64,000 nt of DNA from Myxococcota bacterium. Lineage in GTDB: Bacteria; Myxococcota_A; UBA9160; JAFDDA01. The notes below the pieces were generated by a model. It worked only from the letters and a program-made list of their open reading frames with translations. It made no database searches and had not been told where the DNA came from. The stretch's first letter is position 1. Every line of letters starts with the position of its first letter. The position numbers and the translations under genes were made by a program. Below are positions 58,434 to 64,000 of this stretch, one piece after another. Location of the stretch: positions 1,376,001 to 1,440,000 of the forward strand of contig OZ245817.1 in NCBI GenBank assembly GCA_965228475.1, in the 5' to 3' direction.

Positions 58434-60098
58434 CGGGCCCCGGAGCCACCGTGCATGGGGGACCGGGAAGCCCATCTTGTCGCGCCGCTTCCAGATCACG
58501 TCGGGCACGAGCCCGGGAAGAATCGAACGCAGCAGGAATTTGTTGAGGCCTCCCTTGCGCAGCAGCCGCGTGGGGGCCCGGCGCGCGAACGCCACGAGTC
58601 GCGGGTCGAGGAAGGGCAGGCGTGCCTCGAGTGAGAAGGCCGAGGAGTTCGTGTCCTCGATCCGGAGGTAGAGGGGCAGCGGCTCGCGGAAGACCGAGAG
58701 TTCGCGAACCTTGGCGAGGTCGCCCGCGGACTCCAGCGGCTCCAGGGGAGCGGTTGCCAGCTCTCCCGCGAGGAGCCGATCGCGCCGGTTCCTCGCTGCG
58801 AGCTTCCCTGCGAACGGTACGAAGCCCGCAACAGACGCTCCCAGAAGCTTGAGCCCCTCGCTCGCGCTGCTCGTTTCGCGGAAGGCCTCGCGGACGGCGT
58901 AGGCGACATCCCCTTCCCGCACGAGGGTTCGCAGGTAGTAGCGTTGGGTCGACGGGTAGCCCGCGAGTAGCTCGTCTGCCCCCTGCCCGTTGAGCAGGAC
59001 GCGCACGTTCTCCCGGGCGGCGAGTTCCATCACCAGGAAGCCGGCGAGGGGTGCCAGCGAGTGGACCGGCTCGTCGTGGGCGGTGAAGAATCGGCGGGTC
59101 TTCTCGTCGAGGAGATCGTCGTCGGCGGAGGTGACGTGCCAGCGAAGGTCGCGCTCCTCCACGAGGGGCCGGATGTACCGGGACTCGTCGAAGTCCGGGA
59201 AGTGGGCCGTGAAGCCGTAGCGGCAGGCGGAGACCCGGTCCCCGGCGAGGAGCTGGCTCGTCACGCCGGTGATCGCCGTCGAGTCGAGGCCCCCCGAGAG
59301 GCTCGTTCCCACGTCGACGTCCGCGCGCAGGCGGATCCGTACCGAATCGATGAAGGCCTCACGGAAGGCTTCGGACCACTCCGTTTCGTCCGCACCGGCC
59401 GGGACTTCGACACCTGCCGTGCCGTCGCCGTAGACCTCCGACCGTTCTGTTCCATCGGCATGGAAGGAATGGATGATGCCCGGGCCCAGACGTTCGACTC
59501 CCTCGAAGAGCGTTCGCTCGTCGCTGTCGAGCATGCCGCGCGCGATGAAGTTGCGCGCCGCCGCGGCGTCCACCCGGGAGAGGTCGAGCCCGAACTCGCG
59601 AAGCGCCTTGATCTCGCTCGCGAGAAGAATCCGGTTCCCGTCCCGGGCGAGGAAGAGCGGTTTGATGCCCCAGGGGTCGCGCACGGCGTGGAGGATCCGC
59701 TCCCGCGCGTCCCAGGCCAGCAGGCCCCACATCCCGTTCATGCGTTCGAGGCAGCCGAGGCCGAACGTCGCGATCGACTCGAGCAGGACCTCGGTGTCGC
59801 AGTCGCTCCGGAACCGGGCGCCGCGGCTCTCGAGCTCCTTGCGGAGCTCGAGGAAGTTGTAGACCTCGCCGTTGTAGGCGACGGTCCAGCGTCCGTCGGC
59901 GCTCGTCATCGGTTGGTGGCCGAGGGGGCTCAGGTCGAGGATGCTGAGGCGCCGGAAGCCGAGGCCGACCGGGCCGTCGAAGAAGCGTCCTTCGTCGTCC
60001 GGCCCCCGGTGGGCGATGCGATCCGTCGCGCGGACGAGTTCGGCCTCGTACCGCCGGGCCTCCCCCCCAAGCTCCAGCAGCCCGACGACTCCGCACAT
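58254..60098 (-). CDS. asnB: Second asparagine synthase-like amidotransferase
   Basis: MCGVVG, HRGPD, NGEVYNF, LSGGLDS, GQGADE, RLPFLD, KMGF. Confidence 0.92.
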   Translation of the reverse strand: MCGVVGLLELGGEARRYEAELVRATDRIAHRGPDDEGRFFDGPVGLGFRRLSILDLSPLGHQPMTSADGRWTVAYNGEVYNFLELRKELESRGARFRSDCDTEVLLESIATFGLGCLERMNGMWGLLAWDARERILHAVRDPWGIKPLFLARDGNRILLASEIKALREFGLDLSRVDAAAARNFIARGMLDSDERTLFEGVERLGPGIIHSFHADGTERSEVYGDGTAGVEVPAGADETEWSEAFREAFIDSVRIRLRADVDVGTSLSGGLDSTAITGVTSQLLAGDRVSACRYGFTAHFPDFDESRYIRPLVEERDLRWHVTSADDDLLDEKTRRFFTAHDEPVHSLAPLAGFLVMELAARENVRVLLNGQGADELLAGYPSTQRYYLRTLVREGDVAYAVREAFRETSSASEGLKLLGASVAGFVPFAGKLAARNRRDRLLAGELATAPLEPLESAGDLAKVRELSVFREPLPLYLRIEDTNSSAFSLEARLPFLDPRLVAFARRAPTRLLRKGGLNKFLLRSILPGLVPDVIWKRRDKMGFPVPHARWLRGPLRDFFVETLDSERLARRGWYDTTRLVAARDGFLDETTGLDPELMRVFLLEAWAGNAFGA

Positions 60099-60266
60099 GA
60101 CCCGATCACTCCGAATCCAGCTCGCCCCATCCGGCAGGGAGAGGGCCGCGCAGCATAGCGCGTGGCCCCGTCCGCTCGAAAACGGTGACTCGGCCGGAGC
60201 GGTAGAGCGCTCGCCCTTCGCGAACCTCCGGAGCCCGGGCTAGTCTGCGCGCCCACGGAGGCCGCC

Positions 60267-61634
60267 CTGACGGATCGAATCCAAGCCGCCGAGAAGAGCG
60301 CCCCCGAGCATCGGCCCCGGCTGCTCCTCGTCACCCACCATTTTCCCCCGAACGCGACCATCGGAACGGTCCGCGCGCGCCGGATGGCGATCCACCTGGA
60401 GCGGCTGGGCTGGGAGGTGGAGGTCCTGGCCGCGAAGCCGCGCTATCAGGTGACCCTCGATGACGCGCTCTCCGCGGGCCTCGATGCCGTGACGGTGCAC
60501 CGGACGCATTCGATCGAACCTCGAGGGTGGCTTGGCGGCCCGTCGCTGCCGTCTCGCCCGGCACCCGGCTCGTCGCCGGCTTCTCCGGCGTCCGTCCCGC
60601 CTTTGCCGCCCACGACCGTCGTGCCCGGGGAGCCGGGGCACGGGCCCGGGAAGTGGGTCCGCAGCCTGGCGGCGTGGTTGGGCGTGCGGCTCGAGATCCC
60701 GGACTCGCGGGTCGGGTGGGTCCCCGTCGCCGCCTGGGTCGGAAGTCGGCTGCCGCGGCCCGACGTGGTGTTGACCACGATTCCCTGGTGGAGCAGTGCC
60801 CTCGCCGCCAGCTGGATCGCCGGCCGGTTCGGTGCGCCGCTGGTGATCGACTACCGCGACCCCTGGCAGGTCGAGGACGCTCCGGCCGAGTGGCCCGCCT
60901 GGCGCCGCGGCCTCGAACGGTCACTCGAGAACGGATGCCTTCGTCGATCCGCAGCCCTCGTGGCCACGACGCCGAGCATCGCGGCCGATCTCGCGGAACG
61001 CTTCTCCGGGCCGATTCACGTCATCACGAACGCCAGTGATCCCGAGCGCTACGTCGGCGTCTCGCCGCGAGCGTTCGATGTGCCGAGCCTGGTCTACGCG
61101 GGGGGCTTGTACAGCGACCGCAACCTCGATCCGATCTTCGAGGGCTTCGCGCGTCTCGAGCGCGCGGGCCGGATCACGCCACAGGATCTGCAGCTCGTCT
61201 ACATGGGCGCCACGTCGGACTCCGCGGTCGCCTCGGCGGCCCGCCACGGGGCGTCGGCGTTCCTCGTCGACGAGGGCGCCCGCCCGATGCAGCACGCCCT
61301 GGCCGCCACGCTCGGCGCCGCCTGCAACCTCTCCATCGTCGGGGCCTCGCACGTGCGACAGGTCCCGGGCAAGCTCTTCGAGCACATCGGCGCCCGCCGT
61401 CCATTGCTCTGCATCGCACCCGAGGCTTCCGAGGCGGCCGCGCTGCTTCGGCCCGTGCCGACCGCCCACTGTGTCGCAGCAGGCGACGCCGAGGGGATCG
61501 ATTCGGCGCTCCTGGAGGTGAGCCGAAGAGCCTCCGCAAGCGAGTCGGCGGAGATTCCCGCCGCGTTCACTGCCGAGGAAACGATGGCAGCGCTCGACCG
61601 CGCCTTGCGCGCGACGATCGCGCCCGGCGGCTAG
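60267..61634 (+). CDS. Glycosyltransferase (GT4-like), probable CTG start
   Basis: The frame continues upstream of the track ATG (60384) through RLLLVTHHFPP. GGAGG at 60257-60261 precedes CTG at 60267. Motifs DYRDPW and PGKLFEH. Confidence 0.8.
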   Translation: MTDRIQAAEKSAPEHRPRLLLVTHHFPPNATIGTVRARRMAIHLERLGWEVEVLAAKPRYQVTLDDALSAGLDAVTVHRTHSIEPRGWLGGPSLPSRPAPGSSPASPASVPPLPPTTVVPGEPGHGPGKWVRSLAAWLGVRLEIPDSRVGWVPVAAWVGSRLPRPDVVLTTIPWWSSALAASWIAGRFGAPLVIDYRDPWQVEDAPAEWPAWRRGLERSLENGCLRRSAALVATTPSIAADLAERFSGPIHVITNASDPERYVGVSPRAFDVPSLVYAGGLYSDRNLDPIFEGFARLERAGRITPQDLQLVYMGATSDSAVASAARHGASAFLVDEGARPMQHALAATLGAACNLSIVGASHVRQVPGKLFEHIGARRPLLCIAPEASEAAALLRPVPTAHCVAAGDAEGIDSALLEVSRRASASESAEIPAAFTAEETMAALDRALRATIAPGG

Positions 61635-61657
61635 CGGATCCCTCTCGCGCCTTGGGC

Positions 61658-62971
61658 CTAGCGGGTCCAACTCGCGCCGAGCCCAGCATCCCCGAAGGAG
61701 CGCTCGGCAGCAGGCTGGGCGGAAGCGGCCGCGTCGCCTTCGAGTTCCTGCACTCGTGCCAGCGTGAAGTGTCGCACGATCGGGGCGAGGGCGATGATCA
61801 GCCACATCGTCTTGCTCTTCTGCATGATGCTCGTGGCGCCCATGGTCATCGAGCCGAACAGCGCCATCTGCAGGAAGAGCGCGAGCGCCGCGAGTTCGGT
61901 GAGGGTCGGGTCGCGGAGCCGGCGCCTTCGCCGAGCCGTGCGGTAGGCCTGGCCGTACTGCATCCACGTCGTCAGCAAGATGATCATGTACGGGATGAAG
62001 CCGAGCAGTCCCATCTCCGCCAGGATGCTCATGTAGGAGCTGTGGACCACGTGGTGGATGACCTGGCCGCCCGGTTGTTTGTGCGACCAGAGCGTGAAGT
62101 TCAGGAGGCCGACCCCGGTGACCGGGTTGCTCGCGAACGCTCGCACGGAGAATTCGTACTGGACCATGCGAGCGCCGATCGAGCCGTCGGCGCTTCGCTG
62201 CCGGGCGTCGGTCACGGTCTGCAGGCGCTCGACGACCTCGGTCGGGGCGAAGAACAGGGCTCCGATACCGAGGAGCACGGCTGGGATCACGTACCGGATG
62301 GAGTCGATCCGGCCGGAGCGCAGCATCCAGAAGCCCCACATCGCCCCGCCTGCCAGGAGGGCGGACCTCGAGAGCGAGCGCAGGAGGCCGCCGATCGAGA
62401 TCGCAGCCGCTGCGAAGAGGATGGCCCGCTTGGCCCGGGAGGAAGTGCCGAGGCCCAGCCCGATCGCAATCGGCGCCACGATCGCCATGTCGATGCCGAG
62501 GACGTTGGCGTGACCGGACAGGCCGTAGGCCCGGCCGCTCCCCCCGACGCCACCCAGGCCGGTGATGGCCGCGGTGCTCGTCGTGACGCCGCCGAGGACC
62601 AGACCCCAGAGGAGGGTTCTGAGTATGCTGATGTCGTCGACCACGAAAGCGACGAGGAAGTAGAACAAGAGGATCGAGCCGTAGGTCGTGGTCTCGTTGA
62701 TCAGCCTCGCGGCTGGCACGCCCTGGACGAAACCCTGGAAGACGGAGATCACGATCGCCAGCCCGTAGGCCATGACCCACACGGAGGTCTGGTCGCTCGG
62801 GCGCCGCTTCTGACTCAGGGTAAACTCGACCGCCGCTACGATCAGCAGCAGGATCGTCGCCAGTTTGAAGGGCGACATGCCGAAAGGCCCGATGTTGAAG
62901 AGTGAGAACGCTGCGAGCGGCAAGGTGAACCCGGCCGCGAACAGCAGGAGCTTTCGGATGGTTCGGTTCAT
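61658..62971 (-). CDS. O-antigen ligase/Wzy polymerase family protein
   Basis: Many TM helices; SLSRSA, NPVTGVG, HSSYMSILAEMGLLG. Confidence 0.85.
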   Translation of the reverse strand: MNRTIRKLLLFAAGFTLPLAAFSLFNIGPFGMSPFKLATILLLIVAAVEFTLSQKRRPSDQTSVWVMAYGLAIVISVFQGFVQGVPAARLINETTTYGSILLFYFLVAFVVDDISILRTLLWGLVLGGVTTSTAAITGLGGVGGSGRAYGLSGHANVLGIDMAIVAPIAIGLGLGTSSRAKRAILFAAAAISIGGLLRSLSRSALLAGGAMWGFWMLRSGRIDSIRYVIPAVLLGIGALFFAPTEVVERLQTVTDARQRSADGSIGARMVQYEFSVRAFASNPVTGVGLLNFTLWSHKQPGGQVIHHVVHSSYMSILAEMGLLGFIPYMIILLTTWMQYGQAYRTARRRRRLRDPTLTELAALALFLQMALFGSMTMGATSIMQKSKTMWLIIALAPIVRHFTLARVQELEGDAAASAQPAAERSFGDAGLGASWTR

Positions 62972-63108
62972 GGCGCTCGGCGGGTTGCTCTCCAAGGCTT
63001 CATCGGCCGACGGCGGGGTCCGATTGAGGCGGCCATGGTAACGCGCCCCTCCTTCACCGGGGTTGCGGGCTGCTTTCCCTACGCACGGCACCGGGGCCCG
63101 GAAGCGCG

Positions 63109-64000
63109 ATGAGCGGCGCGCGCTGGCTTCATCGGTTCTTCCGGGGGGCCGTGGTCTGGCGCCATGGGGTGTTCCCGGAGCTTCATGCGGGGGCCCTCGC
63201 GCGCTACGAGGGTGCCTCGGCCGACGCCCAACGGGCGCGGTCCTTCGAGCGGCTCCAGGCGGTGGTCCGCCACGCCTACGAGACCGTTCCGTACTACCGG
63301 GAGCGCTTCGACGAGGCCGGAGCGCACCCCGAGACCTTGCGCTCGGCCGAGGATCTCGCCCGCTTTCCGATCCTGGAGAAGCAGGACGTGATCCGTCACC
63401 GCGAGACGCTCTGCATCCCCGGTGCTCCCCTTGCCGGGCCGGACTGGGACGCCACGGGCGGAAGCACCGGCGAGCCCATGCGTTTCCTCCGTTCTCGCCA
63501 CTCGACGGCCGTGATGTATGCGAACGAGGCCCGGACCTGGCGTTGGTACGGCGTCGCGCCGGGCGCGCGCCTGGCCAACGTCTGGGGCGCCGACCGCGAC
63601 GTCTCGCCCGACGAGTCCGCGCTCAGCCTGAAGAACCGGCTGCTCGGCGTGTGTCAGCTGAACGCCTTCCTGGTGGACGACGAACGCTGTCGGCGCTTCT
63701 CCGAACTCCTGGAGGAGTTCCGGCCCGAGATCATCTACGGCTACGCCACAGCGCTGGCCCGGTTCGCCACCTATCGCCAGGAGCACGGGCTCGCCCCCCT
63801 TCCGGTGAAGGCCGTCCGATCGACGGCCGAGGTGCTGCTGCCCGAGCATCGCGAGCGCATCGAGCAGGGTTTCGACGGGCCGCTCTACGACTACTACGGC
63901 TCACGCGAGGCCGGGCCGATCGCCGGCGAACTCCCGGACGGCGAAGGGCTTCACGTGTTCTCGGACGTCACCCACGTCGAGATCGTCGACGAAGCGGGTG
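63109..64000 (+). CDS. CapK/phenylacetate-CoA-ligase-like adenylate-forming enzyme (3' end beyond window)
   Basis: Not in the track. Manual translation from ATG 63109 gives HAYETVPYYRERF, LARFPILEK, ATGGSTGEP, IYGY, DYYGSREAG. Confidence 0.85.
   Translation, partial: MSGARWLHRFFRGAVVWRHGVFPELHAGALARYEGASADAQRARSFERLQAVVRHAYETVPYYRERFDEAGAHPETLRSAEDLARFPILEKQDVIRHRETLCIPGAPLAGPDWDATGGSTGEPMRFLRSRHSTAVMYANEARTWRWYGVAPGARLANVWGADRDVSPDESALSLKNRLLGVCQLNAFLVDDERCRRFSELLEEFRPEIIYGYATALARFATYRQEHGLAPLPVKAVRSTAEVLLPEHRERIEQGFDGPLYDYYGSREAGPIAGELPDGEGLHVFSDVTHVEIVDEAG

Overview
High-GC bacterial chromosomal window. The gene content (Hsp70 paralogue, TPR Ser/Thr kinase, multiheme cytochrome, lpxC, HpnN-like MMPL) suggests a diderm Myxococcota/Deltaproteobacteria-like organism (inference). 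From left to right: (1) a two-gene nucleotide-signalling module, TPR-S/SLOG/class III cyclase followed by TIR-TM-48-aa-repeat, whose second gene runs off the window and is missed by the ORF track; (2) MMPL, amidohydrolase and arsC; (3) an ~11.5 kb cluster in which two NTT-family nucleotide translocases sit with a signal-peptide-bearing atypical kinase, a signal-peptide-bearing dikinase with glucan-water-dikinase-like domain order, and two exported SxxK serine hydrolases, which is a candidate extracytoplasmic ATP-export/phosphorylation system; (4) metabolic and housekeeping genes (orphan rplX-rpmG, ferredoxin, aroE, UDG, redoxin-octaheme cytochrome, Hsp70 with J-protein, yebC-ruvCAB, kinase, sigma54-type lpxC); (5) a mixed-orientation surface polysaccharide synthesis and decoration cluster running off the right edge. 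Four copies of an unannotated ~120-126 bp structured element occur just downstream of stop codons. Each has a copy-specific 24-29 bp outer stem, an invariant core and an exactly 36-nt variable loop, and the flanking codons look C-depleted on one strand. All functional calls come from motif recognition by eye; no database searches were run.
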